Source: Eledone cirrhosa (lineage: Eukaryota). Taken from it: 64,000 bases of DNA. Every line of letters starts with the position of its first letter. Position 1 is the stretch's first letter. Of the stretch, positions 15,001 to 27,356 are shown in pieces. The translations under genes were made by a program, and so were the position numbers. The DNA is taken from NCBI GenBank assembly GCA_964016885.1, contig OZ024740.1, positions 412,672,001 to 412,736,000 on the forward strand. The letters run 5' to 3'. The notes beneath the pieces are model-generated. The model was not told the origin of the DNA and made no database searches. It was given only the letters and a program-made list of their open reading frames with translations.

Positions 15001-18000
15001 ATGTGTGTAGAAGTTGTATTGTGTATGGAGTTATGTCTATGTGTGTAGAAGGTGTAGTGTGTATGGAGTTATGTATATGTGTGTAGAAGGTGTAGTGTGT
15101 ATGGAATTATGTATATGCGTGTAGAAGGTGTAGTGTGTATGGAGTTATGTATATGTGTGTAGAAGGTGTAGTGTGTATGGAGTTATGTATATGTGTGTAG
15201 AAGGTGTAGTGTGTATGGAGTTATGTATATGTGTGTAGAAGGTGTAGTGTGTATGGAGTTATGTATATGTGTGTAGAAGGTGTAGTGCGTATGGAGTTAT
15301 GTATATGTGTGTAGGTTTAGTGTGTATGGAATAATGTATATGTGTGTAGGTGTAGTGTGTATGGAGTTATGTGTATGTGTGTAGAAGGTGTAGTGTGTAT
15401 GGAGTTATTTATATGTGTGTAGGTGTAGTGTGTATGGAGTTATGTATATCGGTGTAGAAGGTGTAAATTGTATGGGGTTATGTGTATGTGTGTAGGTGTA
15501 GTGTGTATGGAGTTATGTGTATGTGTGTAGAAGGTGTAGTGTGTATGGAGTTATGTATATGTGTGTAGAAGGTGTAAATTGTATGGGGTTATGTGTATGT
15601 GTGTAGAAGGTGTAATGTGTAGGGAGTTATGTATATGTGTGTAGGTGTAGTGTGTATGGAGTTATGTATATGTGTGTAGAAAGTGTAGTGTGTATGGAGT
15701 TATGTATATGTGTGTAGAAAGTGTAGTGTGTATGGAATTATGTATATGTGTGTAGAAGGTGTAGTGTGTATGGAGTTATGTATATGTCTGTATGTGTAGT
15801 GTGTATGGAGTTATGTATATGTGTGTAGTAGGTGTAGTGTGTATGGAGTTATGTATATGTGTGTAGAAGTTGTAGTGTGTATGGAGTTATGTATATGTGT
15901 GTAGAAAGTGTAGTGTGTATGGAGTTATGTATATGTGTGTACAAGGTGTAGTGTGTATGGAGTTATGTATATGTGTGTAGAAAGTGTAGTGTGTATGGAG
16001 TTATGTATATGTGTGCAGAAGGTGTAGTGTGTATGGAGTTATGTATATGTGTGTAGAAGGTGTAGTGTGTATGGAATTATGTGTATGTGTGTAGAAGGTG
16101 TATGTGTATGGAGTTATCTATATGTGTGTTGAAGGTATAGTGTGTATGGAGTTATGTGTATGTGTGTAGGTGTAGTGTGTATGGAGTTATGTATATGTGT
16201 GTAGGTGTAGTGTGTATGGAGTTATGTATATGTGTGTAGAAAGTATAGTGTGTATGGAGTTATGTATATGTGTGTAGAAGTTGTATTGTGTATGGAGTTA
16301 TGTCTATGTGTGTAGAAGGTGTAGTGTGTATTGAGTTATGTATATGTGTGTAGAAGGTGTAGTGTGTATGGAATTATGTATATGTGTGTAGAAGGTGTAG
16401 TGTGTATGGAGTTATGTATATGTGTGTAGAATGTGTAGTGTGTATGGAGTTATGTATATGTGTGTAGAAGGTGTAGTGTGTATGGAGTTATGTATATGTG
16501 TGTAGAAGGTGTAGTGTGTATGCAGTTATGTATATGTGTGTAGAAGGTGTAGTGCGTATGGAGTTATGTATATGTGTGTAGGTTTAGTGTGTATGGAATA
16601 ATGTATATGTGTGTAGGTGTAGTGTGTATGGAGTTATGTGTATGTGTGTAGAAGGTGTAGTGTGTATGGAGTTATTTATATGTGTGTAGGTGTAGTGTGT
16701 ATGGAGTTATGTATATCCGTGTAGAAGGTGTAAATTGTATGGGGTTATGTGTATGTGTGTAGGTGTAGTGTGTATGGAGTTATGTGTATGTGTGTAGAAG
16801 GTGTAGTGTGTATGGAGTTATGTATATGTGTGTAGAAGGTGTAAATTGTATGGGGTTATGTGTATGTGTGTAGGGAGTTATGTATATGTGTGTAGGTGTA
16901 GTGTGTATGGAGTTATGTATATGTGTGTAGAAAGTGTAGTGTGTATGGAGTTAGGTATATGTGTGTAGAAGGTGTAGTGTGTAAGGAGTTATGTATATGT
17001 GTGTAGAAAGTGTAGTGTGTATGGAATTATGTATATGTGTGTAGAAGGTGTAGTGTGTATGGAGTTATGTATATGTGTGTAGAAGGTGTAGTGTGTATGG
17101 AGTTATATATATGTGTGTAGAAGGTGTAGTATGTATGGAGTTATGTATATGTGTGTAGAAAGTGTAGTGTGTATGGAGTTATGTATATGTGTGTAGAAGG
17201 TGTAATGTGTATGGAGTTATGTATATGTGTGTAGAAGGTGTAGTGTGTTTGGAGTTATGTATATGTGTGTAGGTGTTATGTGTATTGGGTTATGTATATG
17301 TGTGTAGAAAGTGTAGTGTGTATGGAGTTATGTATATGTGTGTAGAAGGTGTAGTGTGTATGGAGTTATGTATATGTGTGTAGAAAGTGTAGTGTGTATG
17401 GAATTATCTATATGTGTGTAGAAGGTGTAGTGTGTATGGAGTTATGTATATGTGTGTAGAAGGTGTAGTGTGTATGGAGTTATGTATATGTGTGTAGAAA
17501 GTGTAGTGTGTATGGAGTTATGTATATGTGTGTAGAAGGTGTAGTGTGTATGGAGTTATGTATATGTGTGTATGTGTAGTGTGTATGGAGTTATGTATAT
17601 GTGTGTAGTAGGTGTAGTGTGTATGGAGTTATGTATATGTGTGTAGAAGTTGTAGTGTGTATGGAGTTATGTATATGTGTGTAGAAGGTGTAGTGTGTAT
17701 GGAGTTATGTATATGTGTGTAGAAAGTGTAGTGTGTATGGAGTTATGTATATGTGTGTAGAAAGTGTAGTGTGTATGGAGTTATGTATATGTGTGTAGAA
17801 GGTGTAGTGTGTATGGAGTTATGTATATGTGTGTATGTGTAGTGTGTATGGAGTTATGTATATGTGTGTAGAAGGTGTAGTGTGTATGGAGTTATGTGTA
17901 TGTGTGTAGAAGGTGTAGTGTGTATGGAGTTATGTGTATGTGTGTAGAAGCTGTAGTGTGTATGGAGTTATGTATATGTGTGTAGAAGGTGTAGTGTGTA

Positions 18001-20688
18001 TGGAGTTATATATATGTGTGTATGTGTAGTGTGTATGGAGTTATGTATATGTGTGTAGAAGGTGTAGTGTGTATGGAGTTATGTGTATGTGTGTAGAAGG
18101 TGTAGTGTGTATGGAGTTATGTGTATGTGTGTAGAAGCTGTAGTGTGTATGGAGTTATGTATATGTGTGTAGAAGGTGTAGTGTGTATGGAGTTATATAT
18201 ATGTGTGTAGAAGGTGTAGTGTGTATGGAGTTAAGTGTATGTGTGTAGAAGGTGTAGTGTGTATGGAGTTATGTATATGTGTGTAGAAGGTCTAGTATGT
18301 ATGGAGTTATATATATGTGTGTAGAAGGTGTAGTGTGTATGGAGTTATGTGTATGTGTGTAGAAGGTGTAGTGTGTATGGAGTTAAGTGTATGTGTGTAG
18401 AAGGTGTAGTGTGTATGGAGTTATGTATATGTGTGTAGAAGGTCTAGTATGTATGGAGTTATATATATGTGTGTAGAAAGTGTAGTGTGTATGGAGTTAT
18501 GTGTATGTGTGTAGAAGGTGTAGTGTGTATGGAGTTATGTATATGTGTGTAGAAGGTGTAGTGTGTATGGAGTTATATATATGTGTGTAGAAGGTGTAGT
18601 GTGTATGGAGTTATGTATATGTGTGTAGAAAATGTAGAGTGTATGGAGTTATGTATATGTGTGTAGAAGGTGTAATGTGTTTGGAGTTATGTATATGTGT
18701 GTAGAAGGTGTAGTGTGTATGGAGTTATATATATGTGTGTAGAAGGTGTAGTGTGTATGGAGTTATGTATATGTGTGTAGAAAGTGTAGTGTGTATGGAG
18801 TTATGTATATCTGTGTAGAAGGTGTTGTGTGTATGGAGTTATGTATATGTGTGTAGAAGGTGTAGTGCGTATGGAGTTATGTATATGTGTGTAGGTTTAG
18901 TGTGTATGGAATAATGTATATGTGTGTAGGTGTAGTGTGTATGGAGTTATGTGTATGTGTGTAGAAGGTGTAGTGTGTATGGAGTTATTTATATGTGTGT
19001 AGGTGTAGTGTGTATGGAGTTATGTATATGCGTGTAGAAGGTGTAAATTGTATGGGGTTATGTGTATGTGTGTAGGTGTAGTGTGTATGGAGTTATGTAT
19101 ATGTGTGTAGAAAGTGTAGTGTGTATGGAGTCATGTATATGTGTGCAGAAGGTGTAGTGTGTATGGAGTTATGTATATGTGTGTAGAAAGTGTAGTGTGT
19201 ATGGAGTTATGTATATGTGTGCAGAAGGTGTAGTGTGTATGGAGTTATGTATATGTGTGTAGAAGGTGTAGTGTGTATGGAATTATGTGTATGTGTGTAG
19301 AAGGTGTAGTGTGTATGTGAGTCATGTATATGTGTGTAGAAGGTGTAGTGTGTATGGAGTTATGTGTATGTGTGTAGGTGTAGTGTGTATGTAGTTATGT
19401 ATATGTGTGTAGGTGTAGTGTGTATGGAGTTATGTATATGTGTGTTGAAGGTGTAGTATGCATGGAGTTATGTATATGTGTGTAGAAGGTGTAGTGTGTA
19501 TGGAGTTATGTGTATGTGTGTAAAGGTGTAGTGTGTATGGAGTTATGTATATGTGTGTAGAAGGTGTAGTGTGTATGGAGTTATATGTATGTGTGTAGAA
19601 GGTGTAGTGTGTATGGAGTTATGTGTATGTGTGTAGAAGATGTTGTGTGTATGGAGTTATGTATATGTGTGTAGAAAGTGTAGTGTGTATGGAGTTATGT
19701 ATATGTGTGTAGAAGGTGTAGTGTGTATGGAGTTATGTGTATGTGTGTAAAGGTGTAGTGTGTATGGAGTTATGTATATGTGTGTAGAAGGTGTAGTGTG
19801 TATGGAGTTATATGTATGTGTGTAGAAGGTGTAGTGTGTATGGAGTTATGTGTATGTGTGTAGAAGATGTTGTGTGTATGGAGTTATGTATATGTGTGTA
19901 GAAAGTGTAGTGTGTATGGAGTTATGTATATGTGTGTAGAAGGTGTAGTGTGCATGGTGTTATGTATATGTGTGTAGAAGGTGTAGTGTGTATGGAGTTA
20001 TGTATATGTGTGTTGGTGTAGTGTGTATGGAGTTATGTATATGTGTGTAGAAAGTGTAGTGTGTATGGAGTTATGTATATGTGTGTAGAAGGTGTAGTGT
20101 GTATGGAGTTATGTATATGTGTGTAGAAGTTGTAGTGTGTATGGAGTTATGTATATATGTGTAGAAAGTGTAGTGTGTATGGAGTTATGTATAAGTGTGT
20201 ATGTGTAGTGTGTATGGAGTTATGTATATGTGTGTAGAAGATGTAGTGTGTATGGAATTATGTATATGTGTGTAGAAGTTGTAGTGTGTATGGAGTTATG
20301 TATATATGTGTAGAAAGTGTAGTGTGTATGGAGTTATGTATATGTGTGTAGAAAGTGTAGTGTGTATGGAGTTATGTATATGTGTGTAGGTGTAATGTGT
20401 ATGGAGTTATGTATATGTGTGTAGAAGGTGTAGTGTGTATGGAATTATGTATGTGTGTAGAAGGTGTAGTGTGTATGGAGTTATGTATATGTGTGTAGAA
20501 GGTGTAGTGTGTATGGAATTATGTATGTGTGTAGAAGGTGTAGTGTGTATGGAGTTATGTATATGTGTGTAGAAGGTGTAGTGTGTATGGAATTATGTAT
20601 GTGTGTAGAAGGTGTAGTGTGTATGGAGTTATGTATATGTGTGTAGAAGGTGTAGTGTGTATGGAGTTATGTATCTGTGTAGAAGCTG
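1..20688. repeat. 38-bp satellite array, consensus AGAAGGTGTAGTGTGTATGGAGTTATGTATATGTGTGT, with 35-bp deletion variants; continues beyond the left edge of the window
   Basis: Period read directly (e.g. TGTGTATGGA at 541 and 579). Uninterrupted to ~20688. The + strand is almost devoid of C. Confidence 0.98.
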
Positions 20689-20689
20689 T

Positions 20690-21516
20690 CGTGAACATAT
20701 AAGGAGCAATGGTCGGTGTAAGTTAGTGTATATATTGATGTATGTGTGTGTGTGCTTGGGTTGTGAGAGCGTGTGTATTGTAAGGTGGGCGTGGTAGGGC
20801 GGTGTTTAGTAGCGTTAGTGGGGTGATGAAGTGTCGGTGGAGGTTAGTGGTTCTAGTTGGGGTGAGGGGATGGGTAGGAGGAGACAATCGAAGTCTAAAT
20901 GAAGAGGGCGGGGAATTCTAACCGGGGGAGGTGCATGTAATTGGAACATGGTGGTGTGTTGTTCAACCCTAAGTTGGACATTGGGGGTTCTAGGGCTTGC
21001 CATTAGGCTGCAGATGGTCGAGTTCCGAACGGAGTGTCTCGCGGAGCAAAAGTGTCGGGCGATGAGGGAACACAAACCGAGGCGGATGTCATGGAGAGGT
21101 TCGGTGGGTCGGCCTCCCAGACGGAGTCCGGTCTGTCCGACATAGGTCGCGTCGCATAGAGAAGCCTGGAGGAGGTGCACGGAAGGAATGCCCAACAGAG
21201 AGAGAGAGAGTGGCCGCTGTGTCCTTGGAAGGCAATGTTGTTGGTGATGTAGGGGCATGTGTGGCAGCGGGATTGGGAGCAGGGCAGGAATGGGGGTTGG
21301 GGGTAGGGAACTTCAGACGACGAGGTTGCGGAGGTTAACTCGTCATGGTTAGATGACGAACCAGAGAAAGAACCCGCGTCCCGTAGTCCGCATCTTGGCT
21401 GCAAAGGCGGCGGATCCAGAGAAGATGGGAGTAGGGAATGGAGTGTTTGTTGTGAGTGGGGTGGGAGGAGGTAAAGTTGTGGTAGGAGTGGTAGTCCGTG
21501 GGTTTGAAGAAAGCGG
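20690..21516 (-). mobile_element. 5'-truncated, frameshifted Penelope-like element fragment (RT thumb, linker, GIY-YIG endonuclease, 3' UTR)
   Basis: Minus-strand peptides FFKPTDYHSYHNFTSSHPTHNKHSIPYSHLLWIRRLCS (PLE thumb motif KPT..SY....S.HP....SIPYS...R..CS), PCSQSRCHTCPYI (linker Cys cluster) and YVGQTGLRLGGRPTE..HDIR...IARHF (GIY-YIG), spread over three frames. Confidence 0.85.
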
Positions 21517-22953
21517 ATATATATGCATATATTTCTATATATATTAAACAAGAAAATGTGGCTGTTCTGTTCACATACCAACACACGAGCAAGAATGAAG
21601 GGTTCATTCTACTGACATGGCTATAAAATTGAAGCTTGTTTGCATAATTGCAAACGAATCGAATGTTATTATTAATATTCGAAAAATTCAGATTACATTT
21701 ATTATATCGATATTTATTTATATATATATATATTCATACATATATATAGATAGATAGATAAAGTGTAGTTTATTTTCAGAACTACTTGGAAACTTAGGCT
21801 AGTACGCATCCAATACTGTCCTGAAATATATAGTCATCCAAGATAAACATTGACGGCAAATAAGTGCAGCAGGGAGATTAGCCTTAAACCCCCGTAGAGA
21901 TGACAAGCCACTCCAAATCCCAGCGAAAAAACAAGCATTTTACATAATCCATACAAATACCTGTATAACCCTCGTGAAATGAAACACATTTGAATATATT
22001 TTCAGACGTTTTGCAATAGACCTAACTTGCAGAAATACTCCTCATACATTCAATCATCAAAAGCTTGATTAAATACGAATTATGATTACATAATTTATCG
22101 TCTTAGATTGCGTACTTTCTGTTCTATTTGTTGTAGTTTTCCTATGTGTTGCCGTGTCTGAATAAAGGTCAGTAAATGTTAATAATAGAAAAACATACTG
22201 TACAATAATTCTCTCGAATCTATATTGATGTATTATTTCTATTTACAGATATATATTAAGAATTGATATTTACTGAAGAAGTATTGCTTTTTAAATAAAT
22301 AGATTCAATTATTAATCATGAATCTACACTGTAAATACGAAACTTTTAATCATTCGCTGAAAATATATAGACTATATTGGTATGAAGATTTCCTGCCCTG
22401 ATTTTGGAAAACATTGATGATTACTCAAACTTGTATCAGCAAGATTTGAAAGGTATGAACACCATATCGATTCTGCTGACATGCATCTAAATATATAAAG
22501 TAGTAATATTGAAAACATGGATTGTAGTGAATATTTATACATTAAAGCATACATGTAGATAATTTCAATTTTATTTTATATTAGTAGGCGGCACTTGCGT
22601 GAACGAGTCTAGAGGAAATACCGACCGAGAGACGATATTCTGGTAGCTATTTTCCACAAAACTAAGACTGCGGGGAAATATGTTGTCCGGAAAGAATGAT
22701 ACGATCTCTAACACAACTACTTTGTTTTGCCCTATATTTCGGTTAAGTCATTTATTTTAATTCTCTGTACGAGTGAGCTGTTTGTTTGAGCATGTGATTG
22801 TAGCTATTATATAGAGCTAGAGTGAGTAACACTTCTATAATTTCTTCTCAATAGATGTAGCTGCTAAATTTCGCTGAATCCCACAAGGTCCGTTTGACAG
22901 CAGCCTTCATTTTCATACATATGTATAAATAAATAAATAAATAAATAAATAAA

Positions 22954-23002
<49 letters not shown>

Positions 23003-23060
23003 GGAAAAAATGAAACGAAATTTCATTTCCCACTATTAGTACGGCTGTTACTTAAATATA

Positions 23061-23490
23061 AGTATGTACACGTACATACATATATGTATACAGACGTACA
23101 GTGGTATGTATATATATATATACATACACGCACACATATATATTTACGTATGGATTCACCGAACATTTATTATAATGCTCAGTGTGTTTGTAAACAAACA
23201 TCCCGTATTAAGCCGTAGTGTCCAGCAACCATCGTTGCTCGTTTGTTCAACACTGACAAAGGAACGCTGTACTAGTTTCAAGCTTATTAGCTATCGTCAG
23301 CAACGTATACCTTCCTGCCAGATTGTTGAACGTATATACTTACCTTATGCATATTAACGGCTGAGTAGCCCAATTTGCATATCGAGGGAATCCATACGGA
23401 CATATATATATATGTGCGTGTATATATATATATATATATAAATACTACTGTACGTTTGTATACATATATGTATGTACGTGTACATACTTA
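23061..23490. mobile_element. Non-coding element with ~100-bp imperfect terminal inverted repeats (MITE-like or inverted retro-insert)
   Basis: 23061-23160 (AGTATGTACACGTACATAC...CGTATGGATTC) is the reverse complement of ~23385-23490. A related arm recurs at ~62605-62660. Confidence 0.55.
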
Positions 23491-23799
23491 CATATATATA
23501 TATATATCATTCTCATCTAGCAGTATATGCTTCAGATTCAGTCATAAATTGTATCTACTATCTGTCATCGTTTCATTTCCCTATCATTATTTCTTCATAA
23601 CAGTGCATTTGCATATTTAAGGAAATCGGCGTTTTGACGTGTTGTGACCGTGTCTGTGCGCATGCGTGTATGCGTCTTTGTGTGTATTTATTTCAGACGG
23701 CATTGTACAAAGCTCTCTGCTCACGTTTCACCTCACTCTTTCACTTATCACACACACAAACACATGCACACACACACAAACACATGCACACACACCCAC

Positions 23800-23862
<63 letters not shown>

Positions 23863-24472
23863 CATCTGTTTGTGTGTGTGATATATATATATATAACCAA
23901 AATTAAATTAAGGATGTATATACAAAGGAGATTAATCATTTTAAAAAGGTATCTATATTTGAAGTTCTCGTTAAACGTATTATTCACACGACTAATGCAT
24001 CTCTGGATTAGTTTAGTAAACGGACAGTTATTTATTGCCATATTCTGTGAATTCTCGTTTACATTTTTTTATTCCTATTTTTCTATTCCTCGTTATGGTT
24101 CTGTTTTACTTATTATATTCTATATTCTGTGAGGAACTGGATTTCGGAATTAATTATGTCAATTAAGGACCCGCTTGTTTATAAAAGTAATCGAGAAAGC
24201 TATTAGTTACCTGAGTAACAATGAAACCGAGATTTCGAACTCAACTTGTGTACATGTTTTTTATTGCCAGGCTATAGCTCGTTATCTGATTCAACACACG
24301 GTTTCATATTAAGTGAATCATGCAAAGCAAAAACAAAAAAGGAATGTACACACCAACACATACACACTCACACAGAGATACAGACACACGCACACACGCA
24401 GAGACAGACACACAGAGACCCCCCCCCCCCCTCACAAACATATATAAATATATATATATATATGTATATATA

Positions 24473-24665
24473 AGTTTCTACCGGGGTTCAATCGGAGGTA
24501 ACCACAGTAAACACGGTACTCAATAAAAAAACAGAGTATAAATAATTAATATAGAAAGGCTTCTAGAGGACAAGAACTGTTTCATTCGGGAGAAATCATC
24601 AGGAAGCCCTTGATTTCTCCCGAATGAAACGGTTCTAGTCCTGTAGAAGCCTTTCTATATTAAAT
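24473..24665. mobile_element. Family A HHR-bearing short element, inverted pair, between (TA)n tracts
   Basis: 24548-24599 and 24611-24662 are inverted copies. Homologous to 47841-48155 (shared GAAACAGT..TAGTCCTGTAGAAG and TATTGAGTACC..TACTGT.GTTA). Confidence 0.75.
24558..24609 (-). ncRNA. Putative minimal type I hammerhead ribozyme (family A)
   Basis: Minus strand reads CUGAUGA-uuucucccgaau-GAAAC-aguucuu-GUC. Core is intact; stem I is imperfect (GGCUUC/GAAGCC separated by a bulge). Confidence 0.55.
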
Positions 24666-24889
24666 ATATATATATATATATATATATTAGAAAGTGAGGT
24701 TTTTTTTACAAAAGAAAAATAACCGAGGTGTCCAACACGAGTGAAAGTATAAAGAAAAAAAGATGAAATTTAAAATGCAACTGGAGGCTTATTTTTTAAA
24801 AAATATATATATTTATGTGGTTCCTTTACCGGTTTCGCAGTTCTTCTGCTTTTCAAAAGTAGAGTTGAGATGGAGGGTGTGTAGTTTTT

Positions 24890-24945
<56 letters not shown>

Positions 24946-25371
24946 AATAAAAATAGAGATATTAATGTAAGCTTAAACCCTACAATAATTAGACATATAA
25001 GTGACTATAAACATCAAGATGAAACATTTGTAACGAAAGATATGGGATAAGTAATAAAATCTTAATTCAATAAAATCAAGAAAAAATACTTAACCTTCAA
25101 ATTGGGAAAACTACAAATGCACTATATAGTCTTAAAATACTATTACTCGAAACTTTTCAGTGGGGTTTGTCACTTCTGAGTAAATCTTCAGTAGTTCTCA
25201 AACACGTTAATTAAATCTAACTGCTACAATGTCGGGGTGAAATGGAAGCAGACAAGCAAACATTGTGTAGAATTGAAATAACAAAAACACACGTGGACAC
25301 TCGCTATTGATGCCGGGATGAGTCGAAAATCTGTTTATAAGAAACAGCAGTCAAAACATTCCGAAAAAATT

Positions 25372-25401
<30 letters not shown>

Positions 25402-25402
<1 letters not shown>

Positions 25403-25878
25403 CAAGCAAATTATAAATGTAAACATGTAAGTATGTTTTTGAAACGGTGCGCGAGTTTGAAAATTAGAAATTAAAAATTATAAGCTTTCACCGTATTTTA
25501 GACTAAAGAAATTTCTAGCCTGATAGTGGGGTTTATAACCCTCGGAGAAATGGAAAAAGATGAGTGTTGCCGTACATGGGAGTCGAACCCACATGTAATT
25601 TCTAATTTTCAAACTCGCGCACCGTTTCAAAAACATACTTACATGTTTACATTTATAATTTGCTTGTTTATCATTCACTTGCAAAGTTCATAGCTTCTAA
25701 TTCGAATGGAAGGAGACGGGATGTGTATTTGTGTAATGGTAGCACAGTGGTCCGGATAACCAAGGATGTGGGTTCGACTCCCATGTACGGCAACACTCAT
25801 CTTTTTCCATTTCTCCGAGGGCTAGAAATTTCTTTAGTCTAAAATACGGTGAAAGCTTATAATTTCTAATTTCTAATT
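25402..25878. mobile_element. Family B: ~265-bp circularly permuted monomer containing a tRNA-like Pol III head, plus an inverted partial copy
   Basis: The + arm 25596-~25872 starts and ends with TAATTTCTAATT. 25402-25594 is an inverted, permuted copy. A-box-like GTGTAATGGTAGCAC at 25731 and B box GGTTCGACTCC at 25771. Confidence 0.75.
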
Positions 25879-25892
25879 TATATATATATATA

Positions 25893-26030
25893 CAGTGAAA
25901 TTCCGTTATAACGAAATTCAAACGGTATAAAAAATATTCGTTGTAGCGGTCTAGAAACACAACGAGCGTGTGGCCAGTGATAGAAGAAAATTCGTTATAC
26001 TGAAAAATTGGTTATAATGGTATTCTTTAG
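25893..26030. mobile_element. Tc1/pogo (Tigger-like) MITE end fragment
   Basis: TA|CAGTGAAATTCCGTTATAACGAA terminus with repeated TTCGTTATA subterminal motifs; no second TIR seen. Confidence 0.45.
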
Positions 26031-26494
26031 AGAGAGTGAGGGACTAAATATTTATATGCATATAATGGTTTCCACCGTCGATGGTTATGTCTCTTATGAA
26101 ATTTAATCTCGCCTGTCATTGACAGCGTAGTCGATAGATTGAACATAAGAGGGCTTTTATACAAAGTCTCTAGCATGTTAGATACACAGTGTATTTTCTC
26201 TTAATATTTAGGATGATCCAGATTGTTTGTAGAAATACAATCATTCCGATTCAGTGCAGTTTTTAAGTTGTTTCTGGTGTCATCTTTATCGGTTTCATTT
26301 AAGTTAGTGTTTGTCCTTCTAGCATCGCCATGATTATCGCACTTTACATTGTATACCTGACCTAAAAAAAAGCCTTTTGTAATACTATTGTCACACCTTC
26401 GGGCGCCATGATCAATCCATGTTAATTTGGAATGTAAAGAAAGTATTGAATACTACCAATTTTACATTTAAGCTGTATCCTGAAACTGCCAGAA

Positions 26495-26816
26495 GGCTTG
26501 AGCTCTGCCGTCGGGGTCAAACTTTTTCCTATTTCACACTCTACTACCCTAAGTATTGAGTACTCTGGTGCGTTATGGTCCAACTGGTTCCTTAGCACTT
26601 TCATTCGTTATATATATAGGAACGAGTAGGACCCCGACGGCTGAGCTCAAGCCGTTTCGAAAGGCTAATTCTGGACTGAGTCCAGAATTAGCCGTCGAAA
26701 CGGCTTGAGCTCAGCCGTCGGGGTCCTACTCGTTCCTATTACCCACTCTACTACCCTAAGTATTGAGTACTTTGGTGCGTTATGGTCCACCTGGTTCCTT
26801 ACCACATTTCCTTCCT

Positions 26817-26818
<2 letters not shown>
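26495..26818. mobile_element. Family C ~140-bp short element: three arms (direct and inverted) around (TA)n
   Basis: GGCTTGAGCTC(A/T)GCCGTCGGGGTC...TTCCTAT...CTACTACCCTAAGTATTGAGTACT.TGGTGCGTTATGGTCCA.CTGGTTCCTTA at 26495-26609 and 26678-26818; inverted arm 26617-~26677. Confidence 0.85.
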
Positions 26819-26865
<47 letters not shown>

Positions 26866-26891
26866 TATACATATATACATATATCTATATG

Positions 26892-26930
<39 letters not shown>

Positions 26931-27022
26931 GTAGAACACTGGAAGGTAATATCCGTAGTGGTAGAGCCCTTAGTCCATGGGACGAGTTTGGTAGAAGTGG
27001 TTACACAACAGGTAGTTCACCA

Positions 27023-27065
27023 TACCAGGAACAATTGTTTCACATTAGTGGATCCTCAGTTAGTA
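27023..27065 (-). ncRNA. Degenerate type I hammerhead motif
   Basis: Minus strand UACUAa-CUGAGGA-uccacuaaugu-GAAA-CAAUUG-UU-ccUGGUA. Core and palindromic stem III present; stems I and II weak. Confidence 0.4.
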
Positions 27066-27097
27066 ATAGTCAGGGTTATACGGAACAGCATATATAT

Positions 27098-27291
27098 AGG
27101 AAAAAGTATGACCCCGACGGCAGAGCTCAAGCCGTTTCGACGGCTATTTCTGGAGTCCAGAAATAGCCGTCGAAACGGCTTCAGAACTGCCGTCGGGGTC
27201 ATACTTTTTCCTATTTCCCATTCTACTACCCTAAGTATTGAGTACTCTGGTGCGTTATGATCCAACTGGTTCCTTACCACAATTCTTCCGT

Positions 27292-27292
<1 letters not shown>
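27098..27292. mobile_element. Family C element with inverted short arm
   Basis: 27098-~27153 is inverted relative to 27153-27292; same sequence as 26678-26818. Confidence 0.85.
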
Positions 27293-27332
<40 letters not shown>

Positions 27333-27356
27333 GGGTAAAATAGGGTAAAAAAGAAT

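Noticed and set aside
1-20688. Satellite as a CRISPR array or telomere
   Set aside because: There are no unique spacers and the context is eukaryotic. There is no TTAGGG-type unit, and the G-rich strand points into the window rather than towards the left end.
25141-25200. Minus-strand CTGAAGA...GAAAAGTTTC hammerhead-like segment
   Set aside because: The helices (TTACTC/GAGTAA) do not sit correctly relative to the core.
25731-25792. Functional tRNA gene
   Set aside because: A and B boxes are present but there is no proper acceptor stem, and it is embedded in a repeat.
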